DNA from: an uncultured Acidobacteriota bacterium
Lineage (GTDB): Bacteria > Acidobacteriota > Vicinamibacteria > Fen-336
DNA: 64,000 nt
Assembly (NCBI GenBank): GCA_963823195.1
Contig: CAWGKR010000011.1
Span: forward strand, 534,122 to 598,121
Direction of reading: 5' to 3'
Position 1 is the stretch's first letter; each line of letters begins with the position of its first letter. Shown here piece by piece: positions 21,386 to 29,640 of the stretch. The notes beneath the pieces are model-generated. The model was not told where the DNA came from. It saw only the letters and a list, made by a program, of their open reading frames with translations, and did not search any database. A program made the position numbers and the translations under genes.

Positions 21386-21682
21386 TCAACTCACCACCGT
21401 TGAGCCGCGTAGAGCGGCGAGCAGGCGCCCGGTCATCTCCGCGACGTTCTGTTTCGTCGGATCCGCGAGCACCGTCATCAGCTCAAACCCGCCGTCCACA
21501 CGGAGGACCCACCAAACGCTGGTGCGCGAGCAGACGACGGTGATCCTCCACTCGTCGGGAAGCCCGACAAGAATCGAACGCAAGCCCTGTTCGATCTCGC
21601 CCTTGGCCGGGTGATCATGCGCGATCTCACTATCGACGATGGTGCGATTCGTGAGGTTCGCGGGGCTGCTCACTCGAGCCAT
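21386..21682 (-). CDS. Small protein of unknown function (98 aa), last gene of the Ehr-like operon and third copy of a small paralog family
   Basis: Its start overlaps the upstream gene by 13 nt. The core EIEQGLRSILVGLPDEWRITVV...WWVLRVDGGFELMTVLADP...AEMTGRLLAAL follows the same pattern as the proteins at 32428..32907 and 33299..33742. Confidence 0.4.
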   Translation of the reverse strand: MARVSSPANLTNRTIVDSEIAHDHPAKGEIEQGLRSILVGLPDEWRITVVCSRTSVWWVLRVDGGFELMTVLADPTKQNVAEMTGRLLAALRGSTVVS

Positions 21683-21996
21683 CGAAGAAGGTGGAGAACC
21701 GAGCCACCCTCTTGGAGCGCCTCCCGGACGTCGGAGAGAGTGAGGAGTTCAGGATGACCGTGCGGCGCGAGTTCCACGATCCCTTCGTTCTGCAGACGGC
21801 GCAGCCCTTCGTCAAAGGCTTCCCGACTGACACTCCCACCGAGGAAGCGGCGTAGATCCCGGATCTTCGCGCTCCGCGGTCCGAAGCCGTGCTTCTGCGA
21901 GAATGCCGTAGCCTTGCGCAGGGCCTGCTCGAACTCGGCCGGGGACAGACCCTGGCTCCGGCTGCCTGCGTCAACGGTCGGCTGCGGGTCGTCCAT
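21670..21996 (-). CDS. Small protein of unknown function (108 aa), translationally coupled to the NuoB/HycG-like gene
   Basis: M59 of ORF 21670..22170. The ATG at 21996-21994 shares one base with the TGA (21998-21996) of the upstream gene. The sequence MDDPQPTVDAGSRSQGLSPAEFEQALRKATAFSQKHGF...LRRLQNEGIVELAPHGHPELLTL is not shadow-like. Confidence 0.45.
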   Translation of the reverse strand: MDDPQPTVDAGSRSQGLSPAEFEQALRKATAFSQKHGFGPRSAKIRDLRRFLGGSVSREAFDEGLRRLQNEGIVELAPHGHPELLTLSDVREALQEGGSVLHLLRWLE

Positions 21997-22931
21997 CAGA
22001 GCTCCTTCGCCTTGCTCGCGGGGGCGATCGTGGGCAGAGAGGCCCGCGTGGCGCGAGCTGCCAGGATGCGCTCGGGAAGCGCTGCGCGTCCGTCGGGCGT
22101 CAGGCGGGCGTCGCGCTTCCCCATCGCCACCAGCAACCCGTTGAGGATCGCTTGTGGACGGGGCGGGCAACCGGGGATGTAGACATCGACGGGCACGACG
22201 CGGTCGACTCCGCCCACGGCCGCGTACGTGGCCTCACCGAAGAGGCCCCCGCTGCAGCCGCAGGCCCCCACCGCCACGACCACACGCGGCTCGGGTGTGG
22301 CTTCGTAGGTCCTGCGAAGAGCGATCTCCATGTTCCTCGTGACCGGACCGGTCACGAGGAGGAGATCGGCGTGCCGGGGGCTCGCCACGAAGTGGATCCC
22401 GAAGCGCTCCAGGTCGAACACCGGGTTGGTCGTGGCGCTGATCTCCAGCTCGCACCCGTTGCAGGACCCCGCGTCGATCTGCCGAACATGGAGCGAGCGC
22501 CCGAGACGTCCCCGGATGCGTGCGCGCAGGCGGGCCGCTGATGCGCCGGGCCCGGGACCGGGTTGGGCGTCGAGTTGGCTGAGAGTCGCGCGACCAGCCC
22601 CGTCGACATCGAAGAGGGCTGTGTGTGTGAGCTGGTCCCGCGTGTAGGCTGCGACTTCGAAATCGCGTCCGGCGGACACCGCCTGCTCCGGGCAAGCCGT
22701 GACGCACTCCCGGCATTGGATACAGGCGCCGTAGGACAGGGACAACTTCCGGCGATCCGGGCGTGGCACGGACACCTGGATCGCCCCGGTGGGGCAGGCG
22801 CTGGCGCACTCGTCGCAGGCGGTGCACTTTGCGAAGTCGATCACGGGGAGACCGAACGGCGGTCGGGCGGTCAAAGGCTCTCGCTCGGTAAGGATCCCGG
22901 TCTTCAGGCTCTTGGCGATGATGCGGAACAT
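21996..22931 (-). CDS. Fusion of a HycF-like 2x[4Fe-4S] ferredoxin domain and a HycG/NuoB-like small subunit
   Basis: Intact 311-aa ORF. The N-terminus has CTACDECASACP and CIQCRECVTACP. The C-terminus has the NuoB/HycG pattern: IDAGSCNGCELE, SPRHADLLLVTGPVT, VAVGACGCSGG, YIPGCPPRP. Confidence 0.85.
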   Translation of the reverse strand: MFRIIAKSLKTGILTEREPLTARPPFGLPVIDFAKCTACDECASACPTGAIQVSVPRPDRRKLSLSYGACIQCRECVTACPEQAVSAGRDFEVAAYTRDQLTHTALFDVDGAGRATLSQLDAQPGPGPGASAARLRARIRGRLGRSLHVRQIDAGSCNGCELEISATTNPVFDLERFGIHFVASPRHADLLLVTGPVTRNMEIALRRTYEATPEPRVVVAVGACGCSGGLFGEATYAAVGGVDRVVPVDVYIPGCPPRPQAILNGLLVAMGKRDARLTPDGRAALPERILAARATRASLPTIAPASKAKEL

Positions 22932-22948
22932 GCGTCAGCTCCCTCCGT

Positions 22949-24537
22949 TCAGCGGTCGTTCCCCGAGTACGAAAGGTTGAAACTCTTGTTGATGACGGGA
23001 AAGTCCGGCACGATGTTGCCCGGCACGGCCCGGACGATCGCCGGCCAGTTCTTGGAGCTGGGATCGGTGACCTTCACTCTGTCGAGCCGGCCCTGCGCAT
23101 CGGTGCGCACCCAGTGCAGGCACTCCCCTCGCCAGCCTTCGGCCCAGCCCAGTGCTGAAGATGCGGCGGGCAGCACCTCGGGCAGGGGGGTGAGGACGTG
23201 TCCCTCGGGCAGGCCTTCCAGCACCTGGCGCAGAATCGAGAGGGATTGTTCTACCTCGCGCGCCCGCACCAGGAGGCGGGCTCGAACATCCCCTCCCTTT
23301 TCGACGGGTATGGCGAAGCGTAGGCCCGCGTAGGCGTCGTGGGGCTGGTCGCGCCTCAGGTCGAGGTCGAGGCCAGACGCCCGCGCCGCGATTCCCACTA
23401 CCCCGAGTTCCCGAGCCACCTGCGTCTCGAGAATCCCCGTGCCGTCGATGCGGTCAGTGAAAGTGCCGGAATCGATCAGGAGGGTCACGAGGTCGTCGAA
23501 CTCGCGCTGGAGCCGTTCCAGTTGCGACAGTAACTCCCTGCGGCGCCCGACGGTAAGATCGCACTTCACCCCGCCGAGCGCCACGGTGCCGCGCAGGAGG
23601 CGCGAGCCGAACAGGCGCTCCTGGATCCTGACGAGGCCCTCCCGGAGTGCCTGCGCCCGGCTCGCGGGCACGGTGAAGGCCACGTCGGTCGCGATGGCTC
23701 CGATGTCCGCGACGTGGTTGTAGACTCGCTCGAGCTCGAGGAGGACGACGCGCAGGTGCCGTGCCCGCGGCGGAGGCTCGACGCCCGCGATGCGCTCGAT
23801 CGCGTGGGCGTACGCGAGGGCGTGACCCACCGCCGTGTCTCCGGAGATTGACTCGGCCAGAAACAGGCCGTGGCGCCAAGGCAGTCGCTCGAAGCGCTTC
23901 TCGGTGCCCTTGTGCACGTAGAACAGGCGCAGTTGGAGATAGAGAATCGGCTCGCCCGCCACACCGAACCGGAAGTGGCCGGGCTCGATGATGCCCGCGT
24001 GAACCGGCCCCACCGGGAGGTGGAAGACGCCCTCGCCCGTCACCGGCCGATACGCCCGGAACTGCCCTCCCGCGCGCGGCACGGCCCGGCGATCGTCAAA
24101 GTCCTTGCGCAGCGCCCAGGCGCCCTCGGGCCAGTCGTCGTGCAGGGCGACCCGATTTTGGTTCGGGTGTCCCTCGGGCATCAGGCCGAAATAGTCCATG
24201 ACTTCCCGCTCGAACCAGTTGGCGACCGGGTGTTTCGCGGCGATCGAGGGAAAGCGCGGAGCGTTAGCCGGGACCGGCGACCACACGCGCACGAACCCCG
24301 GAGGCTCGGCCGAGGCCCACTGGTGATGGACGGCAAAGCCCTGCCCGGGCCCTCGTCCGTACCGAAGAGAGAGGAGAGGCGGAGACCAGCCGCAGCCGCG
24401 CGGTCGGCGGTAGCCAGGAGCCCGGCAAGGTCGACCTGGGCGACGAACTCGGCGGGCCTCACCTCGGCGAGAGAGTCGAGCCCGAGCTGTCTCGCGCAAC
24501 ACGTCTCGCTGCGGCCGTCACTGTCCGCCCTCCACAA
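22949..24537 (-). CDS. HycE/HyfG-like 'large subunit' (NuoC-NuoD fusion type) lacking the [NiFe] cysteine ligands. One frameshift near 24340; the start is uncertain.
   Basis: ORF 22949..24502 plus the N-terminal piece 24181..24537 (..LSSLFGTDEGPG / QGFAVHH..NWFEREVMDYFGL). Colinear HycE motifs: GPVHAGIIEPGHFRF, RLFYVHKGTEKRF, LLELERVYNH. The ligand positions read ESISGDTAVGH and NLSYSGNDR*. Confidence 0.85.
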
Positions 24538-26003
24538 CGCGCACGGCCGCGTGGATCAGGTCCAGCAGGCCGGGCGGCAGATAGAAGGCCGAGACCACCG
24601 CCAGGATCGCGGCGACAATCGTGGTGGCCGAGCCCGCATCGAACCGCTCGGCGTCGGCCACGCGCGCCGGGGCGGCGGGCTGCTCCCCCAGCACCAGGCG
24701 CCCGACCTGGTAGAAGAAGCCGCAGAACAGCAGTACCAGGCAGGCCAGGAAGACACCCATGGCAACGGTGTGCGGCCCCGCGAACCCGGTCTTGAGAATG
24801 GTCATCTCGCTGAAGAAGAGGCCAAAGGGCGGCGACCCGGTCATGATCACCGCCGCGAGCACGAAGAGCGCGCTCGCGACGGGAGTCCGTCCAAGCGTCC
24901 CCGGCCCGATCTCGTCGAAGTCCGACGAGGCGTGGAGCTGCGCGATCGTCCCCGCCGAGAAGAACGCGAGCGGCTTCGCGAGCGTGTGGTACGTCATGTG
25001 GAGCAGCGCGCCGAAGGTCGCGACCTCCGCGCCCAGCCCCACGCCAACCGCCATGATCCCCACGTGCTCGATGCTCGAGTAGGCGAGGAGCCGCTTCAGG
25101 TTCCACTGGATGAGGATGAACGGCGTGGCGACGCCCACCGACAGCAGCCCCAGCGCCAGCAGAAGCCCGCCCGAGAACTCGGGGCCGAAGGCGGCCCTCG
25201 CGATGGTATGGATGCGTAGAAGGCAGTACAGAGCGCCGTTGAGCATTCCCACGGCCATGAGGACGCCCGCGGGCGACGGCGCCTCGCGGTACGCGTCCGG
25301 CTTCCACGTGTGCATGGGTGCCAGACCCGCCTTGGTGCCGTAGCCGACGATGGCGAAGACCACGCCGAGCTTCAGCGTCAAGGGATGGAGCTGGCTCGCC
25401 GCGGCGACGAGACGAGTCCAGTTGAGGCCGGCCATGCCCTCGCCAAGGGTCCCCCGCCCGGACGCGAAGAGCAGCACGGTGCCGAGGAGCGCGAAGGCCA
25501 GGCCGAGGCTCCCCAGGACGAGGAATTTCCAGGCGGCCTCCAGCGACGTGTCGCGGTTGTGGAACGCAATCAGGAAGACCGACGCGAGTGTGGTGATCTC
25601 CACCGCGATCCACAGGATCCCGAGGTTGTTCGAGACCGAGACGAGCAGCATCGCAAAGACGTAGAGCGGGACGAGGGCATCGAACTCCCGTCGGCGCCAG
25701 GGCGTCACGAACCCGCGGGCCTCGTTGCGCCTCAGGTACCCGACGCTGTAGGCCCCGGAAATTAGTCCCACGAAGGCCGAGAGGACGAGGACGAGTGCCG
25801 AGAGCCCGTCGACGCGCAGCGCTTCGTCGAAGGCCGTCGGCGGCGCTCCCGCGAGGAACTGCCTCGCGGTGCCCATGGAGAGGACGAAGCGTCACGGCAA
25901 GGCCGACGACGAGGTTGGCCTCCTTGAGCCAGCGCGGCAGGGGCAAGACGCCCAGGAGCGCGGTCAGCAGCGGGATGGTCAGCGTCCAGAGAAGAAGATT
26001 CAC
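24518..26003 (-). CDS. HyfF/NuoN-like antiporter-type membrane subunit. One frameshift near 25880.
   Basis: ORF 24518..25876 carries WIAVEITTLASVFLIAFH, GYGTKAGLAPMHTWKPDAYREAPSP and LLAYSSIEHVGIM. The N-terminal helix (VNLLLWTLTIPLLTALLGVL) is in the frame of ORF 24459..26657, beginning at V219 (26003). Confidence 0.8.
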
Positions 26004-26008
26004 GATGC

Positions 26009-26657
26009 CTAACCCTTGAGCTTCGAAAGGCGGCTCACGTCCATCGACTCGAACCGGTCGGCGATGCGGTGGACGAGGACGCCGAGGACCAGGACGGCCA
26101 CGATGACGTCGAAGGAGATCCCCAGCTCGACGATCAGAGGCATCCCCGTGGTGGCGCCGAGGGCGACCAGGAAGACGGCGTTCTCGATCGTGAGCAGGGC
26201 CAGGATCTGGGTCACGGCCTTGCGCCGCGTCACCATCAGGAAGAGACCCATGAGCAGCATCGACAGGGAGACGCCGATGACGTGGTGCGCGGCGCCTTCT
26301 CCGGCCATCGGCGAGGCCCGTGCTGACGCGGTAGCCGACGACGGTGAGGCCCAGGCAGATGAGCAGCGACGCGGGAACGTTGAGGATCGGCTCGATCTCG
26401 CGGTGGATCCCGATGCGATCGATGACGCGCATGAGGAACCACGGGATCAAGACAGCCTTGAGGCCGATCGTGAGCGCCGCGCCGACGAAGAGGTGCGGGC
26501 GATGGTCCGCGAGGCCCATCACGACGGCGACCCCTCCCAGCAGCATGGACTGGAGTGCGTAGAGGCGGATGGCGGTGAAGAGCGCCCTCTGCCCGACCAT
26601 GAGGTACGCGGTGACCAGCATCCCGGCGGCAAGGAGGATCACGAGGTCTTGGCTCAT
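26009..26657 (-). CDS. HyfE-like small membrane subunit (NuoK-related). One frameshift near 26310.
   Basis: The N-terminus comes from ORF 24459..26657 (MSQDLVILLAAGMLVTAYLMVGQ...LKAVLIPWFL...). The C-terminus comes from ORF 26009..26308 (..LALLTIENAVFLVALGATTGMPLIVELGISFDVIVAVLV..). The total span of about 216 codons matches HyfE size. Confidence 0.75.
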
Positions 26658-26667
26658 CCTTGGCTCC

Positions 26668-27606
26668 TCACAAGAAACGGATGGCCAGGGCCAGAAAGGC
26701 CAGACCGAGGGAGGCGGCCATCAGCTCGGGCACGCGGAAGAGGCGGAGCTTCGCGTTGGTGACTTCGACCAGCGTCACGACCACGGCCAGGAGGAAGACC
26801 TTGGCCAGGTAGAGGCCGAGGGCGATCGCGAGCGCCCCCGGGCCCGGCTCCAGGGCGAGGCCGAGAGGGAGGAAGAGGTTGACGAGCAGGGTCATGAAGA
26901 GCAGCTCCTTCAAGGCGGACGCCCACTCGACGAGGGCGAGGTCGACGCCGGAGTACTCGAGGACCATGGCCTCGTGGATCATGGTCAGCTCGAGGTGCGT
27001 CGCGGGGTTGTCGACCGGGACGCGGCCCGCCTCGGCGATGAGGACGATGAAGAGGGCCGCGGCGGCGAGCAGGTCGCTCGGGTGGGCCGAGAGCCCCCGC
27101 TGGGCGGTCGTGCGCACGAGGTCTCCCAGGTTCAGCGAGCCTCCCCACAGGGCGACCGTGAAGAGGCCCAGCATCAGCGCGGGTTCGGCCAGGGCGGCCA
27201 CGGTCATCTCCCGGCTGGAGCCCATGCCTCCGAACGGGCTACCCGTGTCGAGAGCCGCCGCGGCCAGCGCGAATCGACCCAGGGCCAAGAGCCCCACCAG
27301 CACCAGGATCCCGCCCGCCTCCCCGAGCGGCGCGCCCGCCATCACGACCGGGACGAGGGCGGTCGCCGCGACGGCGGTCGCGAAGTAGACCCGCGGGCCG
27401 GCCACGAAGACCCAGCACGAGACGTCGGAGCGGACCGGCTCCTTTTGGAGGAGCTTTGCGAGGTCGTAGTAGCCCTGGCGGAGCGGTGGGCCCTGACGGT
27501 TCTGGAAGGCCGCCTTCATCTTGTTGATGACACCGCGAAGGAGCGGGGCAAGCGCCAGCAGAGCGGCGCCTTGGAGCAGGCCGAGGCAGAGAGACTCTAG
27601 GTTCAC
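26668..27606 (-). CDS. HyfC/HycD-like membrane subunit (NuoH family)
   Basis: Intact 312-aa ORF. The N-terminus LLRGVINKMKAAFQNRQGPPLRQGYYDLAKLLQKE and the polytopic profile are typical of HycD/NuoH. Its start overlaps the upstream stop by 4 nt. Confidence 0.85.
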   Translation of the reverse strand: MNLESLCLGLLQGAALLALAPLLRGVINKMKAAFQNRQGPPLRQGYYDLAKLLQKEPVRSDVSCWVFVAGPRVYFATAVAATALVPVVMAGAPLGEAGGILVLVGLLALGRFALAAAALDTGSPFGGMGSSREMTVAALAEPALMLGLFTVALWGGSLNLGDLVRTTAQRGLSAHPSDLLAAAALFIVLIAEAGRVPVDNPATHLELTMIHEAMVLEYSGVDLALVEWASALKELLFMTLLVNLFLPLGLALEPGPGALAIALGLYLAKVFLLAVVVTLVEVTNAKLRLFRVPELMAASLGLAFLALAIRFL

Positions 27607-29639
27607 CGGCCACCTCCAAGCCAGAGCAGCAAGACGATTCCCAGGACCAGGACGTAAGCGAGGTAGGCGTGGAGGCTGCCGGCCTGGATCACCTTCATCC
27701 GCTCGGCCACTCCCATCACGCCCCGCGTCAGCGGCCCGTACAGGAACCGCTCGAACGTGGGCTCGATCTCCGACCGGTACTTCACCTCCCTCGGGAAGTG
27801 CGCTTCTCCCACCGTCTCCACTGCCCGCGTCGGCCGGTAGATCGCGCTGAAGATCATCATCAGGGGCTTCGAGAACGCCGTGGCCGTGTACTCCGTCCGC
27901 GCCGTCAGCTCACCGCCGCACCCCCATGTCGGCACTCGTCTCACCGCGTAGCCCGCCGCCAGCGACATCGCTCCCGCCAGTGCCAGCCCCACCAGCACCG
28001 CCCCCGCCACGAGAGGCGGCGCCAGGTGGTCGAAGTGTCCCGGTCCCGGCGCAATCGCGACCCAACTCCGCACCATCTCCGGCGCCGGACGCACCCCCGG
28101 CAACGAGCCCGCGACTCCCCGCAGGACCTCGAGCACCCATCCCGGGGCAAGCCCAAGCACGAAGCACATGAGCGCCAGGAAGGCCTGCGGCACGAGCATC
28201 AAACTCGGAGACTCGTGCGCCTTCTCCGCCCCCTCGCCCCGCGGCAACGCCAGAAACGTCATCCCAAACGCCTTCACGAAACACGCCGCCGCTAACGCAC
28301 TTGTGAGCGCCAAAAGAGCACCCGCCACAGGAAAGATGAGCCGGCTGAGCGTGGTGGTAGCGGTGAAGCCCCGGAGCAGCGCCTGGAAGAGCAACCACTC
28401 GCTGACGAAACCGTTGAGGAGCGGCAGCCCCGAGATCGCCGCCGCCCCCACCAGGAAGAACAGTGCCGTCCACGGCATCCGCTTTGCGAGACCGCCCATC
28501 CCTTCGAGTTGCCTGGTGCCGCTGGCCATCACAACTCCTCCCGCGCCCAGGAACAGCAGCCCCTTGAAGAGCGCGTGGCTAAGGACGTGGAAGAGGCTTG
28601 CCGCGATTCCCAGCGCGGCCAGCTCGGGCCGGCCTGCCGAGAGCGCCATCATCCCCGCCCCCAATCCGAGCAGGATGATCCCGACGTTCTCGATGGTGCT
28701 GTACGCGAGCATTCGCTTGATGTCGTTCTGCGTCAGCGCGTAGAGCACCCCCAGGATCGCTGTGAGCGAGCCGACCGCAGCGAGCGCCATCCCCCAGTCC
28801 CAAACGGGAACGCCGAGGCCGAACGCGCACACCCGGAAGAGGCCGTATATCCCCGTCTTGATCAGGACCCCCGACATCAGAGCCGAGATGCTCGACGGCG
28901 CCGCGGGGTGCGCCTCGGGCAGCCACAGGTGCAGCGGCATCGCCCCCGCCTTGACGCCGAAACCGATGAAGAACAGGACGAATAGCCCGTCACGCAGCCG
29001 GCCCCCGGGAAGAAAGCCGGAGAGCACGTCTGAGAACGCGAGGGAACCCGAGAATGAGACCAGGGTGAAGAACCCCGCGGCGAGGCACCCCGTCCCGACG
29101 TGAGACATGACGAGGTAGATGAATGCGGCCCGGCGGCTGTCGCGTCTTTCGTGCTCCGTCGCGACCAGAGCCGCTGACGCGAGCGACATCACCTCCCATG
29201 CGAACAGGAAGCCGATGACGCCGTCCGCGACGAAGACAGCTTCGATCGCACCGAGAAGCACGTTGAAGCCCACGCCCAAGAACGCCGAGCGGCGGTCGAG
29301 GGGCTCATGGCCCAGATAGGCCACGCTGTAGACGGCGATTGGCAGCGCAAGGAGGGCAAGGACGAGCAGGAACCAGGCGGATAGAGGCGTGACCTCGTAG
29401 CCGAAGGACAGGCCGGAGGCGGTGTGGCTGAACAGTGCACCCTGGAGCGGCGCTCCTCCAGACAGGACCGCGAGGGCCGCCGCGCCCGTGAGCGCCGACG
29501 CAGCCACGGAGCCGGACAAGGCCATTGGCCGACACCAGCGGGAGCGGCCGGCCAGAGCCAGCGACATAGCTATCGATCCCAGGCGCACGGCGAAAGCAAG
29601 AGGAAGGAAGTCCGCCACGAGCACCGGCCAGTGGGTCAC
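27603..29639 (-). CDS. HyfB/NuoL-like antiporter-type membrane subunit, copy 2
   Basis: Intact 678-aa ORF. Motifs: FFIGFGVKAGAMPLHLWLPEAHPAAPSSISALMSGVLIKTGIYG, MLAYSTIENVGIILLG. The C-terminal ~240 aa are identical to copy 1. Confidence 0.85.
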   Translation of the reverse strand: MTHWPVLVADFLPLAFAVRLGSIAMSLALAGRSRWCRPMALSGSVAASALTGAAALAVLSGGAPLQGALFSHTASGLSFGYEVTPLSAWFLLVLALLALPIAVYSVAYLGHEPLDRRSAFLGVGFNVLLGAIEAVFVADGVIGFLFAWEVMSLASAALVATEHERRDSRRAAFIYLVMSHVGTGCLAAGFFTLVSFSGSLAFSDVLSGFLPGGRLRDGLFVLFFIGFGVKAGAMPLHLWLPEAHPAAPSSISALMSGVLIKTGIYGLFRVCAFGLGVPVWDWGMALAAVGSLTAILGVLYALTQNDIKRMLAYSTIENVGIILLGLGAGMMALSAGRPELAALGIAASLFHVLSHALFKGLLFLGAGGVVMASGTRQLEGMGGLAKRMPWTALFFLVGAAAISGLPLLNGFVSEWLLFQALLRGFTATTTLSRLIFPVAGALLALTSALAAACFVKAFGMTFLALPRGEGAEKAHESPSLMLVPQAFLALMCFVLGLAPGWVLEVLRGVAGSLPGVRPAPEMVRSWVAIAPGPGHFDHLAPPLVAGAVLVGLALAGAMSLAAGYAVRRVPTWGCGGELTARTEYTATAFSKPLMMIFSAIYRPTRAVETVGEAHFPREVKYRSEIEPTFERFLYGPLTRGVMGVAERMKVIQAGSLHAYLAYVLVLGIVLLLWLGGGR
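27652..28334. repeat. Direct repeat copy 1 (3' part of hyfB-like copy 2), identical or near-identical to 29690..30372
   Basis: The offset between copies is 2038 nt. ORF-track translations are identical in three different frames: 27669..28295 equals the tail of 29422..30333, 27926..28171 equals 29964..30209, and 27941..28156 equals 29979..30194. By reading, 27652-28310 is perfect, there is one mismatch at 28311, and the match continues to 28334. Confidence 0.85.
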
Positions 29640-29640
29640 G

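Noticed and set aside
24459-26657. A single 732-aa ORF spanning the hyfE-like and hyfF-like region
   Set aside because: Only its first ~115 aa (HyfE N-terminus) and a short internal stretch (HyfF N-terminal helix) look like protein. The rest is Arg/Pro/Gly shadow sequence out of frame with the recognisable HyfE C-terminus (26009..26308) and HyfF (24518..25876).
27926-28171. Identical 81-aa and 71-aa ORF pairs (27926..28171 = 29964..30209 and 27941..28156 = 29979..30194), which could be read as duplicated small genes
   Set aside because: They are Pro/Ala/Arg-rich shadow frames inside the identical 3' segments of the two hyfB-like genes. Their identity simply reflects the DNA repeat.
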